A stretch of DNA of 59,609 nucleotides from an uncultured archaeon (GTDB lineage: Archaea; Aenigmatarchaeota; Aenigmatarchaeia; QMZP01). The stretch is taken from the NCBI GenBank assembly GCA_964555875.1, contig CAZKUD010000002.1:1-59609 (forward strand), given 5' to 3'. Below, piece after piece: positions 17,635 to 27,023 of the stretch. The notes beneath the pieces are model-generated. The model was not told the DNA's origin, did not search any database, and saw nothing but the letters and a program-made list of their open reading frames with translations. Each line of letters begins with the position of its first letter. The stretch's first letter is position 1. The translations under genes and the position numbers were made by a program.

Positions 17635-20081
17635 AAATGCATATCGTACTTCCCATGCTGGCTGCAGCCGTCAATTTCCTGCTCGGCATCTACATAATAT
17701 ACAGGGACCCTTCGGGCAGGATGAACAGGCTCTTTGCGATGGTGGCATTCTCCCTGGTAATATGGTCCCTGGGGGATTTTCTGACCCATGTCCCGCACGG
17801 CTCTCCTGAACTGCTGTCAGGAATCATGTCCTCAGCCGGCTCGTATTTCACAGTGGCGTTCATGCTGCATTTTTTCCTGATGTTCACGAAGAACAGCTTC
17901 ATTTCCGGAAAGCTGCGGATTGCCATGCTGTACCTGCCCGCAGTCGGCTTTCTGTCCCTGGACATGGCTTTGGCTGCCCTCCCACTGGCATGGGATTCTT
18001 TCTTCCCTTCGGCAACATACATTCTGGCGTACACCATTGCCGGCCTTGTGCTCTGCTACAGGCATTACATTAACTTGGCTCCAGGAAGGGAGCGCACCCA
18101 ATCCAAGCTCCTGATATTCGCCGTCATGTTTCCCCTGGTGGGAGGCACCGCGACAGAGGTCCTGCCAAGGGTTTTGCAGCTCCAGTCATTCCCCCTCACA
18201 TCAAGCCTGACTGCCCTGACATCAGTCATAATAGCATATGCTATCATAAAGCACGGCCTGATGACCGTCCCAGGCATGAGATTCGGTCTGGTGCTGAAGA
18301 TACTGATGATATTCGTAATCCTGTCCACCGTGCCCCTGCTGGTGACGGCGTATTTCTCCATGAGCTTCATAGGAGAGATGAGCGGCACGATATCCGGCTC
18401 AGCGTCAGGTATAAGGGATGAAATAAGCCTGGAAGTGGGTTCCGCCCTCAAGGAAATGGGGGAGTCCATGATAAGGAACAAGGCAGAGTCTGTCGCATGG
18501 AACCTCAACCACCAGCTGGAGCACCATATGCCGGGACTGCTTATGGAGGAGCTCAGGGAGAGGGGTGACCTCAAGGATGCGGCTGTCCAGAAGGTGGGCA
18601 GGACAGGATACACGGCTGTCCATGACACAGAAGGCATAAACCATTTCCATGTGAACGAAAACCTTGTCGGGACAGACCTGCATGACCTGGCCGGGAAGCT
18701 GCCGGAATTCTGGGCAATATTGGAGAGTAGCCTGGAAGGCGAGGCATGGGGACATTACGCATGGGAGGACGAGGACGGCAGCATAAGGGACAAGTACATG
18801 CACTGCACCCATACGGAAAGGGGCGGCCTGGTGGTCTGCGCCACAACCTACATTGACGAGTTCTCTGAGCCGCTAAAGGACATAGACAGGAAGATGAACG
18901 CATCTGTCACCGCAACGGTGTCAAGGCTTGAGATGTCAAACTCCCTCTTCACCGGGATGATATGGATAATATCGGGGTCAATGAGCATAGTGATACTGAT
19001 TTTCGGGCTCATGATATCCAGGGCCGTCACCAACCCGCTAGTCAGCCTGGCAAAGGTGGCAGGGAAGATAGGGAAGGGGGAGCGAATAAACAGGCTTGAC
19101 GACAAGCACAACGACGAGATAGGCCAGCTGGCCAAGGCCTTCAACATGATGGACAGGAACTTGAGGAAATCCAAGAGAAAGCTGGAAGAATACAACAGGA
19201 GTCTTGAAACAGAGGTCAAGAGGAGGACCAAAGAGCTGGAGAGGAAGGTGGGGGAGCTTAAGAAGACGAAAATGGCGACCCTCAACATGATGGAGGACCT
19301 GAACGAGACTAACGAGGAGCTGGAAAGAAAGAAAAGGGAGATAGGAAAGGCCAACATGGAGCTGAAGAGGTTCAACAGGGAACTGAAGAAGATGGACATG
19401 CTGAAGAGCGAGTTCATGAACATAGGCGCGCACGAACTCAAGACGCCGCTCATACCGATAGTGGGCTACCTGGACATGATGTCAAAGGAGAAGAACCTGA
19501 CAAGCGAGCAGAGGAACGAGATAGCCATATGCCTGAGGAACGCCAAGAGGCTGCAGGCCCTTGTGCAGGACATACTGGACATATCCAAGCTGGAGTCCAG
19601 GGCCATGAAGTTCGACATGCAGGAGATGGACCTGAGGAAGATACTCATGAACACCTTCACTGACATGAAGTCTGCCGCAAAGGACAAGGGCCTGCAGCTG
19701 AAGGTCAGCCTGCCACAGAAGCCCCTCAAGGTGATGGGGGACCCCTACAGGCTCACCCAGGTGACAGAGAACCTGGTCAACAATGCCATAAAGTTCACGG
19801 ACAGCGGTCACATAGCTATAGAGGCATCGAGGGGCAACGGGAACGTGCTGGTGGAAGTGAAGGACACCGGAGTGGGGGTGTCCAGGAAGGACCTCTCCAA
19901 GCTGTTCACCAAGTTCTTCCAGGCAGACACGTCAGCCAAGAGGAAATACGGGGGCTCAGGGCTGGGGCTGGCCATATGCAAGAGCATAGTGGAGGAGCAC
20001 AAGGGAAGGATATGGGCAAAGAGTAAACCGGGAAAGGGAAGCACGTTCGCTTTCAGTTTACCGGGTAAAGGTGGGGTTTAA
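17631..20081 (+). CDS. Membrane sensor histidine kinase: N-terminal multi-TM domain, Cache-like extracellular domain, HAMP, coiled coil, HisKA, HATPase_c
   Basis: H-box AHELKTPL, N-box NNAIKFT, G1 DTGVG, G2 GSGLGL; HAMP PLVSL...DEIGQLAKAFN. Confidence 0.95.
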   Translation: MKMHIVLPMLAAAVNFLLGIYIIYRDPSGRMNRLFAMVAFSLVIWSLGDFLTHVPHGSPELLSGIMSSAGSYFTVAFMLHFFLMFTKNSFISGKLRIAMLYLPAVGFLSLDMALAALPLAWDSFFPSATYILAYTIAGLVLCYRHYINLAPGRERTQSKLLIFAVMFPLVGGTATEVLPRVLQLQSFPLTSSLTALTSVIIAYAIIKHGLMTVPGMRFGLVLKILMIFVILSTVPLLVTAYFSMSFIGEMSGTISGSASGIRDEISLEVGSALKEMGESMIRNKAESVAWNLNHQLEHHMPGLLMEELRERGDLKDAAVQKVGRTGYTAVHDTEGINHFHVNENLVGTDLHDLAGKLPEFWAILESSLEGEAWGHYAWEDEDGSIRDKYMHCTHTERGGLVVCATTYIDEFSEPLKDIDRKMNASVTATVSRLEMSNSLFTGMIWIISGSMSIVILIFGLMISRAVTNPLVSLAKVAGKIGKGERINRLDDKHNDEIGQLAKAFNMMDRNLRKSKRKLEEYNRSLETEVKRRTKELERKVGELKKTKMATLNMMEDLNETNEELERKKREIGKANMELKRFNRELKKMDMLKSEFMNIGAHELKTPLIPIVGYLDMMSKEKNLTSEQRNEIAICLRNAKRLQALVQDILDISKLESRAMKFDMQEMDLRKILMNTFTDMKSAAKDKGLQLKVSLPQKPLKVMGDPYRLTQVTENLVNNAIKFTDSGHIAIEASRGNGNVLVEVKDTGVGVSRKDLSKLFTKFFQADTSAKRKYGGSGLGLAICKSIVEEHKGRIWAKSKPGKGSTFAFSLPGKGGV

Positions 20082-20118
20082 AAGCATATGTTACACTATA
20101 TAAAAGGAGGGACTGGAA

Positions 20119-20475
20119 ATGCCCAAAATACTTATCGTTGACGACGAGCCTGACACGGTTGAACTGATAAGCATTATCCTGGGGAAGAAGGGGTATGAAG
20201 TTGCCAAGGCCTACAGTGGAAAGGAATGCCTGGAGGCTTTCAGGAAAGAGAAGCCTGACCTGATACTCCTGGACATAATGATGCCCGGGATGTCAGGCTG
20301 GGACGTGTACGGCAGGATAAGGAAGCTGGACAAGAAGGTGAAGGTCGCCTTCGTCAGCGTGATAGAGATATCCCCCGAGAGGCTCCAGGTCCTGAAGAAG
20401 GACGGAGTGTCGGACTACATAACCAAGCCTTTCACAGCTGACAACCTACTCAAGAGGGTAGGTTCCATAATCTGA
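20119..20475 (+). CDS. Stand-alone response regulator receiver (paralog of 14443)
   Basis: IVDDE, LDIMMP, KVAFVSV and DYITKPF shared with the first receiver. Confidence 0.95.
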   Translation: MPKILIVDDEPDTVELISIILGKKGYEVAKAYSGKECLEAFRKEKPDLILLDIMMPGMSGWDVYGRIRKLDKKVKVAFVSVIEISPERLQVLKKDGVSDYITKPFTADNLLKRVGSII

Positions 20476-20477
20476 GG

Positions 20478-21014
20478 TCACACCCGCAAGACCTTGTCGA
20501 AGTAGAGGGATATCCTGTTGACCAGGTCGCCTCCCCTGGCCTCAGGGGTGAGCATGACCGTCTTGAGGCCGTACCTGGAAGTCTCCTCCACCATCGACTT
20601 CACGAACTTTATCACGAGCGCCTCTGTGTTGTAGATGAGCAGCGTTGCCAGGGCGTCTATCAGGAGGAACTTCTCGCCCGGGACCTTCTCCAGGAACTCG
20701 TTTATGGCTATGCTCAGGCTGGTCAGGTCAGAGGGGCTCTGTATGTGTATGACGTTCTTCTCGTTCTCTGCCTCCCCGAGGGATGCTGTTATGCAGTCTA
20801 TGAAGAATACCTTGGAGGTGTCGACCCCCCGCTTCTCCAGGAGCTCCTTCACCGCCTTCTGGGGCTTGTTGAAGCAGACGTAAACCCCTGCTATGCCTGC
20901 CTTGGTGTACTCCCCTATCATCCCGTCAGCGGCCTCCTGCAGCCTGTCCGGCGGGGACACCGCCAGCACGGAATAGCTCTTCCCGTCAAGTCCATCCAAT
21001 TCCATTATTTTCAT
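20478..21014 (-). CDS. Degenerate KaiC/RecA-fold protein (DUF835/DUF7504-like)
   Basis: GVYVCFNKP, FFIDCI, LLIDALATLLIYN; no Walker A. Confidence 0.65.
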   Translation of the reverse strand: MKIMELDGLDGKSYSVLAVSPPDRLQEAADGMIGEYTKAGIAGVYVCFNKPQKAVKELLEKRGVDTSKVFFIDCITASLGEAENEKNVIHIQSPSDLTSLSIAINEFLEKVPGEKFLLIDALATLLIYNTEALVIKFVKSMVEETSRYGLKTVMLTPEARGGDLVNRISLYFDKVLRV

Positions 21015-21053
21015 AGTATGTCACCTGAAAGATATATTTGTTTAAACATGGTT

Positions 21054-21638
21054 TCACTCCAGCTTCTTGAAAAGGCTCTCCCTGAATTTGTCTATCTCGC
21101 CCAGTGAAAGGGGCCTGTCAGGCCTCTCCCTCCCCATCTCGTCTATTATCTTGTGGAACAGCTGCACAGGGCTGTTCTTTATCAGGCTGTGCTGGGAGAA
21201 GATGAATATGTCCTTTATCTCCATGTACTGGTTGTACTGGGGGACTGTCTTGAGGGTGTGGAAGTAGCCGTCAAGCTCTTGGAGGTCCCTGAAGCCGCAC
21301 AGGGCTATATGCGTTGCCGAGCCCTGGGGTATCCTGTAGACGTCTATCACGTGGGGAAGCTCGGCCACTTTCTGCTCTATCCCGAACTCCCCCAGCTCCT
21401 CCCAGCTCTTGAGGGTGAACTTGAAGACTGTGACAGCGAACGTGTTTACGCCCAGCTTGCCGTAGTCCAGGACAGTGGAGTAGCCCTTTATTATCCCGGA
21501 ATTCTCCAGCTTCTTCCTTATCTTTCCCACCGCCTGCTTGGTTATCCTTAGCTGCTTGGCGATTTTGGTGTCGCTGGCCCTCCCGTTCTCTATGAGAATT
21601 TTGAGCGATTTCTTTTCATTGTGGGTTAGTTTTACCAT
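21054..21638 (-). CDS. Lrp/AsnC family transcriptional regulator
   Basis: HTH GRASDTKIAKQL...KLENSGIIKGY followed by a RAM-like domain. Confidence 0.88.
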   Translation of the reverse strand: MVKLTHNEKKSLKILIENGRASDTKIAKQLRITKQAVGKIRKKLENSGIIKGYSTVLDYGKLGVNTFAVTVFKFTLKSWEELGEFGIEQKVAELPHVIDVYRIPQGSATHIALCGFRDLQELDGYFHTLKTVPQYNQYMEIKDIFIFSQHSLIKNSPVQLFHKIIDEMGRERPDRPLSLGEIDKFRESLFKKLE

Positions 21639-21714
21639 GTTAATGGATATTTGAATTACTGGTTAATAAAATTAACGTCAGGTTTTTATCGGAAGTTGAT
21701 GAACCATTTATCAG

Positions 21715-22206
21715 ATGGAAAGGGAATGGTTTGCTGCCTTGCTCATATGCCTTCTCCTTATGCCTTTCTGCGCACACGCGCAGGCAGGGGAGCTGGCGGC
21801 GCTGGAAAAGGACAGGGATACAGCGGCAGTGGGCGAGGCTGTCACGGTATCAGCCACGTTCGTGAACCTGGGCAGCGGGGCTGTCGAGGCCAAACTGAAT
21901 GGGGAGGCTTACCTGGAAGGGGAACTCGTTTCCGTGATAGAGGGCGGAACCAGCCAGGTGCCCCCCGGGGCGGCCGGGGTGCTGGAAGCTGTTTTTGTTC
22001 CCGGGAAGATAGGCCTGTACACCATCAAGGGCACCGTTATATACTCGGGCGAATCCACAAGCCAGAAGGAAGTGACCATTCCTGTCATATCCAAGTCCAC
22101 CGGGATGGAGCTGGCAGAGGACATGACCGTCCCCCTGATGGTCGACGGGCTGCTGGCCCTGGTGATAGTGGCAGGCGTGCTCATGCTCAAGAGGAGGAGG
22201 AGATGA
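21715..22206 (+). CDS. Secreted single Ig-like (CARDB-like) protein with C-terminal TM
   Basis: Signal peptide, VGEAVTVSATFVNLG, TVPL-TM-KRRRR. Confidence 0.8.
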   Translation: MEREWFAALLICLLLMPFCAHAQAGELAALEKDRDTAAVGEAVTVSATFVNLGSGAVEAKLNGEAYLEGELVSVIEGGTSQVPPGAAGVLEAVFVPGKIGLYTIKGTVIYSGESTSQKEVTIPVISKSTGMELAEDMTVPLMVDGLLALVIVAGVLMLKRRRR

Positions 22207-22736
22207 AGCACATTGCACTCTCCCTCGCTTTCAGCCTTCTCCTTCTCCTCCCTCTTTCTTCAGCCTACACCATATCCTCGCTGTCGGCTGATTCCCCGGT
22301 GTCGGTCGGGGAGGTCATGAAGGTAACGGCAGTGTTCGAGAACACCGGGCCCCAGACATATGCGGTGCTGGAAGTCGACGTCTACAGCAACGGGGAGAAG
22401 GTGACCGAACTGAAGGGCGACAGGATGAACGTCCCAGTGAACGGGAACAGGGAGCTTTTCGCTTATTTCATGCCGCAGCGCCCGGGGACCTATATCCTGA
22501 GTCCAAGGGTGGAGCACGGAGGCGGCACCACCACGTCCCAGGGCATCACTGTGACTGTCACAGACGAATACGGGGCAGCAGGCTGGACCAACCATGAGAC
22601 GGTCCCCCTGGGCCTGGGCATGACGGTGATAGCAGTGGTCTTCGTGTCCATGTTCGTCATGTACATGGTGAAGTCCAAGAGCATCATAGCGAAGAAAGGT
22701 TTACAGGATAAACGAAGGCGCTCTGGAAAGGGTTGA
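22203..22736 (+). CDS. Secreted single Ig-like protein, paralog of 21715
   Basis: True start MKHIALS at 22203 (ATGA overlap); VGEVMKVTAVFENTG, TVPL-TM-basic tail. Confidence 0.8.
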   Translation: MKHIALSLAFSLLLLLPLSSAYTISSLSADSPVSVGEVMKVTAVFENTGPQTYAVLEVDVYSNGEKVTELKGDRMNVPVNGNRELFAYFMPQRPGTYILSPRVEHGGGTTTSQGITVTVTDEYGAAGWTNHETVPLGLGMTVIAVVFVSMFVMYMVKSKSIIAKKGLQDKRRRSGKG

Positions 22737-22739
22737 TTT

Positions 22740-22850
22740 ATGAACACCCAGGACATCGTCCCTCTGGCAGTCACAATCACCACGGTCGGGATAGGCATGC
22801 TGATGATCACATACATAGGCTGGAGGACCAGGAGGATAAGCAGGCTCTAA
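22740..22850 (+). CDS. 36-aa single-TM peptide
   Basis: MNTQDIVPLAVTITTVGIGMLMITYIGWRTRRISRL; starts 3 nt after the upstream stop. Confidence 0.6.
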   Translation: MNTQDIVPLAVTITTVGIGMLMITYIGWRTRRISRL

Positions 22851-24562
22851 TCGAGCACCTTCAGCACTTCGTACACCATTATGGGCCTGGCCTTTCCCTT
22901 GAACTCCATCTTGCCCAGCTTCTTCACCTTGACCCTGTCCTTCACCATCCTGTATGTGCCCTCTGCTATCAGGACCTTGTCCCCCTCTGCCTTGGAGCAG
23001 AGCCTGGAGGCCAGGTTGACCGCGTCCCCTATTATGGTGTAGTCCAGCCTGCGCTCTGAGCCCATGTTGCCCACGACTGCAGGCCCTGTGTTCACGCCTA
23101 TCCCGTACTTGACTGCAGGCATGCCCTCCTTCCTGGCCAGCTCCTTCGCCGAAGCCTGCATCTCCAGGGCGGCCCTTATGGCGTTCAGGATGTGGTCCTC
23201 CTGCTTGAGGGGCGCGTTGAAGAAGGCCATCAGGCAGTCTCCCATGTATTTGTCCAATGTGCCGCCGTACTTGAAGACCTTGTCTGTCATGTCCCCGAAA
23301 TAATGGTTGAGCATGTCTATCACCTCTTCAGGCGTGAGCTTCTCTGAGAGGGCAGTGAAGCCCCTTATGTCAGCGAAGAGTGCCGTTATCTCCCTCTTGG
23401 TGCCTCCCAGCCTGACCTGGTCCTTGGTCGTGGTCTCCAGTATCTCGTCCACCACTGCAGGAGAGACGTACTTGCCGAATATGTTCTGCACCCACTGCCT
23501 GTTCCTCTTCTCTATCCCGTAGTAGAGGATGATTATTATCATGTACACAGAGATGACCGACATGACAGGGTACAGGACATTCATCACTATCCCCTGCTCT
23601 ATCATGGCTATTGACAGGAGGGCATACCCCAGTATAATGGCCGCTGCGACAGCAGTGGAGAGCAGCACCCTGAGCCTGGACAGGGCGAAGCCGGTCAGGA
23701 GGGAGAGCATCAGCATCACGAGTATGGTGCTGGCAGCGTCCTGCCTGAATATGTAGTCCCTCAGGACCAGGGTCTGCACCAGGTTGGCGTTTATCTCCAC
23801 GCCTGCCATCGGCCTGCCCCATGAGACTGGCACGTACTGTTCGTCATGAAGGTCCCTGGAAGTGGCGCCTATCAGCACCATCTTGCCCTCCAGGTAGGAG
23901 GGGTCCACTCCCCCGCTGAGCAGGTCGGTGAAGGAAACGCTCTCATAGCTTCCTGGCGTCCCGTAGAAGTTTATCAGGACCGTTTCAGACGGCGGCTTGA
24001 CGGTGTCGCCTATGTACTTCTCGGCCACCACCATTGCGAAGCCCTCGGCAGCCTCTGTCCCGTCCAGGTAGAGCGGGGCCCTCCTGGTTATGCCGTCTGA
24101 TTCAGTGAACATGTTCACGTAGCCGTAGTCCGCGTCCAGGACGGGCCTGAGGAATTCCTCGCCGTACAGCTTCCCCTCCCTGACGGAGAATGACGTGTAT
24201 TCCGAGGCCAGCACCACGTTACCTGCAGAGTCAATAGCCTGCTGGAGCAGCTGGTCGTCGCCTGAAGGCTCGAAGAAGGAGACGTCTATCCCCACCGCCT
24301 TGGCGCCTTCCAGAAGGCCCAGGGCCTCTGCAAAGACCTTCCTGTCCCAGGGCCACCTGCCTATTTCCTGGAGCGACCTGTCGTCAATGGCTACTATCAC
24401 TATCTCGCCGAGGGGCCTCCCGACAGAATAGAGGGCGTCGCTGGTCCTCAGGCTGGTCGTGCCCATGAAGCCGGAAACGAGCAGGATGGAAAGTACAGCA
24501 AAGACTGCAAGTGACACTGTCATGTCTGCCAGAAGCTTCCGCTTCAGGAAGTTGTGGAGCAT
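22847..24562 (-). CDS. CHASE2-domain class III adenylate cyclase
   Basis: CHASE2 IVIVAIDDRSLQEIGRWPWDR, 3 TMs, LFADIRGFT, KYMGD, DYTIIGDAVNLASRL (Lys/Asp ATP-specifying residues). Confidence 0.93.
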   Translation of the reverse strand: MLHNFLKRKLLADMTVSLAVFAVLSILLVSGFMGTTSLRTSDALYSVGRPLGEIVIVAIDDRSLQEIGRWPWDRKVFAEALGLLEGAKAVGIDVSFFEPSGDDQLLQQAIDSAGNVVLASEYTSFSVREGKLYGEEFLRPVLDADYGYVNMFTESDGITRRAPLYLDGTEAAEGFAMVVAEKYIGDTVKPPSETVLINFYGTPGSYESVSFTDLLSGGVDPSYLEGKMVLIGATSRDLHDEQYVPVSWGRPMAGVEINANLVQTLVLRDYIFRQDAASTILVMLMLSLLTGFALSRLRVLLSTAVAAAIILGYALLSIAMIEQGIVMNVLYPVMSVISVYMIIIILYYGIEKRNRQWVQNIFGKYVSPAVVDEILETTTKDQVRLGGTKREITALFADIRGFTALSEKLTPEEVIDMLNHYFGDMTDKVFKYGGTLDKYMGDCLMAFFNAPLKQEDHILNAIRAALEMQASAKELARKEGMPAVKYGIGVNTGPAVVGNMGSERRLDYTIIGDAVNLASRLCSKAEGDKVLIAEGTYRMVKDRVKVKKLGKMEFKGKARPIMVYEVLKVLD

Positions 24563-24563
24563 A

Positions 24564-25400
24564 TCAGTTCCTTATCGCCATGTCGATTACCCACTGGGGC
24601 ATCTCTGGGGGTATGTCGCACTCGCCCCTCAGCCAGCACCTGACGCTGTCCTCTATCTGCTCGTCAGTCACGCCGTACTGGGACTTGCCCATCGCTATGA
24701 CGTCAGACATCCTGGACAGCAGGTCCTGGAGCTGCTCCTCTATGAAGGCGTCGTCCTTTTCCTGGTTCTCAGTCACCCAGTCGTCGGTCACGAGGTCCCC
24801 TGCTATGACGGTCAGGTCCAGGTCGACCGTTATCATCTGGCCTTCGTCTATCTGCGCCTCGTCTATCCTGACCAGCTCGCCCGTCTCCATGGAATAGGTG
24901 TAGGCGTCCAGGGTGCCTTCCAGGAGCTTGACGTATATCTTGCCGTCATCCCCCAGGTAGAAGCCGAAGCCCGTCCCCCTGACAGATGCGACCGTCGTGG
25001 GCGTCTGCACATTGTATTCCTCTATGCCGCTGAGCTTGAGTACCTTGCTCCATGTCCTTCCCGATGCCTGCTCTACGGTTACCTTCGTGCCGGCCTTGTC
25101 GGCTATCAGGTCCTTCAGGGTGACCTCAGTGTTCTCGTCGAGCCTGATTATGCTGGACTCGAACAGTATGATGGAGGCCCTTGCGCCCGGGGCTGTCCTG
25201 ACTGTGTCGGACTGGGCCAGAATCTGCCCGGTGGCAACCGTCTTCCAGGTGTCACCTGACTTCATCTCGACCAGGCCCGCGTCGACCACCAGCTGGGCCG
25301 ATACGGCAGGCGGCCCGGCAATCTTGAAGTAGAAATAGCCGCCAATGCCAAGAAGGACCACTATTATGATAACAGGCACGAGTACCTTCTTGCTCACCAT
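24564..25400 (-). CDS. Membrane-anchored FecR-domain protein
   Basis: N-terminal TM, DTVRT...SIIRLDENT, TPTTVASVRGTGF; 1 nt upstream of the cyclase. Confidence 0.88.
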   Translation of the reverse strand: MVSKKVLVPVIIIVVLLGIGGYFYFKIAGPPAVSAQLVVDAGLVEMKSGDTWKTVATGQILAQSDTVRTAPGARASIILFESSIIRLDENTEVTLKDLIADKAGTKVTVEQASGRTWSKVLKLSGIEEYNVQTPTTVASVRGTGFGFYLGDDGKIYVKLLEGTLDAYTYSMETGELVRIDEAQIDEGQMITVDLDLTVIAGDLVTDDWVTENQEKDDAFIEEQLQDLLSRMSDVIAMGKSQYGVTDEQIEDSVRCWLRGECDIPPEMPQWVIDMAIRN

Positions 25401-25434
25401 AAGTAGTTTTGTTGATATTCTATATAAGCTTTGG

Positions 25435-26928
25435 TCAGACCCTGTCCTTCAGAAGGTCAAGCCTGTGCCTGTACTCCCCTGCCATCTCCCTGACGTCCTC
25501 AGACGCTGTCCCTGTGTACTTCTCCGGGTCGAGTATCTGCTCCCTTGTCCAGGGGTCTGCCGAATCAAGAGCCTCCCTCATGAGGGGGTCCTCCATCGCC
25601 AGCTCAGGGAGGGGCCTGCCTGTTTCCCTGGCCCTGTCTGAAAGCAGCCTGACCTCCTCATGGGCGTCCCTGAATTCGCCCTCGAAGGCGTCCTGGTTGT
25701 CGCCCATCCACTTCTGCAGGTAGAGCTGGAGGGGCTCTGCCGCAGTCAGGCCTCTCATCATACCCACGTTCTCAAGCATCTTGTTCGGCCTGATGGTCAG
25801 GTTCCTGGCTATCTTGGTGGCCTTCCTGGCAGCCCCCAGGGCTATGTTGGGCATCTCGAATATGTAGTACCTCTTGTTGCCCGAGTCCCTCAGGTCCCTC
25901 TGGAAGTCTGTCATGAAGTCCTGGTTCACCGCCACCATCTGGCCCATCATCTGCCTGAACTTGGCGCCCGCCACGTTCTCTGAGTTTATCGGGTTTATCT
26001 TGTGCGCGCCTGTTGACGAGCCTACCTGCTCGCCTACCCGCTTCTCCATCATCTCGCCCACCTCTGTCTGCTGGTAGCCCCTCATGTCATTGCAGAACTT
26101 GGCCTGGCCTGCCACTGACATGAACAGCTGGCCCATGTAGTCGGCGTAATAGTACTGGTTGACAGTCTGTCCGGTTATCCTCTCCGGGGTGACGCCGATT
26201 ATCCCGAACAGCCTCCTGTCTATCTCCCTCGGGTCTGTCCTGAACAGGACCTTCCTGGCCGCGTTGGTCCCCACGAATCCCGTGGCCTTGCCCCTGAGGT
26301 CATATACTGCCCTGTTGTAGTTCTCCAGGGCGGGCAGGACGCCCCCCACTATCTCCAGGAAGTAGTGGCCCACCGTGGTAGGTGCAGCATGCTGCCTGTG
26401 GGTCCTTCCCATCATGATGGTGTCAGGGTGCTCCTCTGCCCTTGTTACCAGCTCAGTGCAGAAGCCCGACAGCTCGGGCACCATCACCTCTGTGCCGAAG
26501 TCCAGGAGGGCCATCGACTGGGCCGTGTTCAGGACGTCATAGCTCGTGAAGCCCAGGTACAGGTAGTTCCTGGCCCTGGGGCTCAGGACGTCCCAGCACG
26601 CCTTGACTATCCCCCTCACGTCATGGTGTATTATGTTCTCCCAGTGCTCTGCCCTCTTGAAGGGCACGTTCTCCAGGGTTATCTTCCCCTCTATCTCGTC
26701 TGCCACGTCCTTCGGTATCTCGCCCAGCTCCCCCAATACCCTGGCATTGGTCCTGAGGAACTTGAGGGAATAGCCGTGTATGGCCCCAGGGGAGACGTAG
26801 GCGACAGACTCCTTCTCTATGTACCTGGCTGAACCGGGGGGCAGGAACTCTGAAAGGCCCTTTATCTCAAGGAATGCGGAATCCAGCCTTTGTGTCGTGG
26901 TTTCAGACTCCATGTAAGGCGAAGGCAT
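25435..26928 (-). CDS. purB: Adenylosuccinate lyase
   Basis: HHDV, MMGRTHRQHAAPTT, GSSTGAHKINP (variant of SSxMPxKxNP); purine context. Confidence 0.9.
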   Translation of the reverse strand: MPSPYMESETTTQRLDSAFLEIKGLSEFLPPGSARYIEKESVAYVSPGAIHGYSLKFLRTNARVLGELGEIPKDVADEIEGKITLENVPFKRAEHWENIIHHDVRGIVKACWDVLSPRARNYLYLGFTSYDVLNTAQSMALLDFGTEVMVPELSGFCTELVTRAEEHPDTIMMGRTHRQHAAPTTVGHYFLEIVGGVLPALENYNRAVYDLRGKATGFVGTNAARKVLFRTDPREIDRRLFGIIGVTPERITGQTVNQYYYADYMGQLFMSVAGQAKFCNDMRGYQQTEVGEMMEKRVGEQVGSSTGAHKINPINSENVAGAKFRQMMGQMVAVNQDFMTDFQRDLRDSGNKRYYIFEMPNIALGAARKATKIARNLTIRPNKMLENVGMMRGLTAAEPLQLYLQKWMGDNQDAFEGEFRDAHEEVRLLSDRARETGRPLPELAMEDPLMREALDSADPWTREQILDPEKYTGTASEDVREMAGEYRHRLDLLKDRV

Positions 26929-27023
26929 GTATAACTAATGGGAGCGAAACTTTTTATTGGGAATGCCGCATGATGGAACCCTGGACAGGCGCCCTTAAAT
27001 AATTTCGCGCCAAATATAATGCA

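Noticed and set aside
2080-21690. Recurring aaaccct/caggttt and short palindromes in intergenic regions as a dispersed repeat family
   Set aside because: Short and consistent with ordinary BRE-TATA promoter elements or chance; no longer shared consensus was visible.
21651-22202. N-terminal extension of the 361-aa ORF
   Set aside because: Off-frame overlap of the 21715 gene; the real start is 22203 with a signal peptide.
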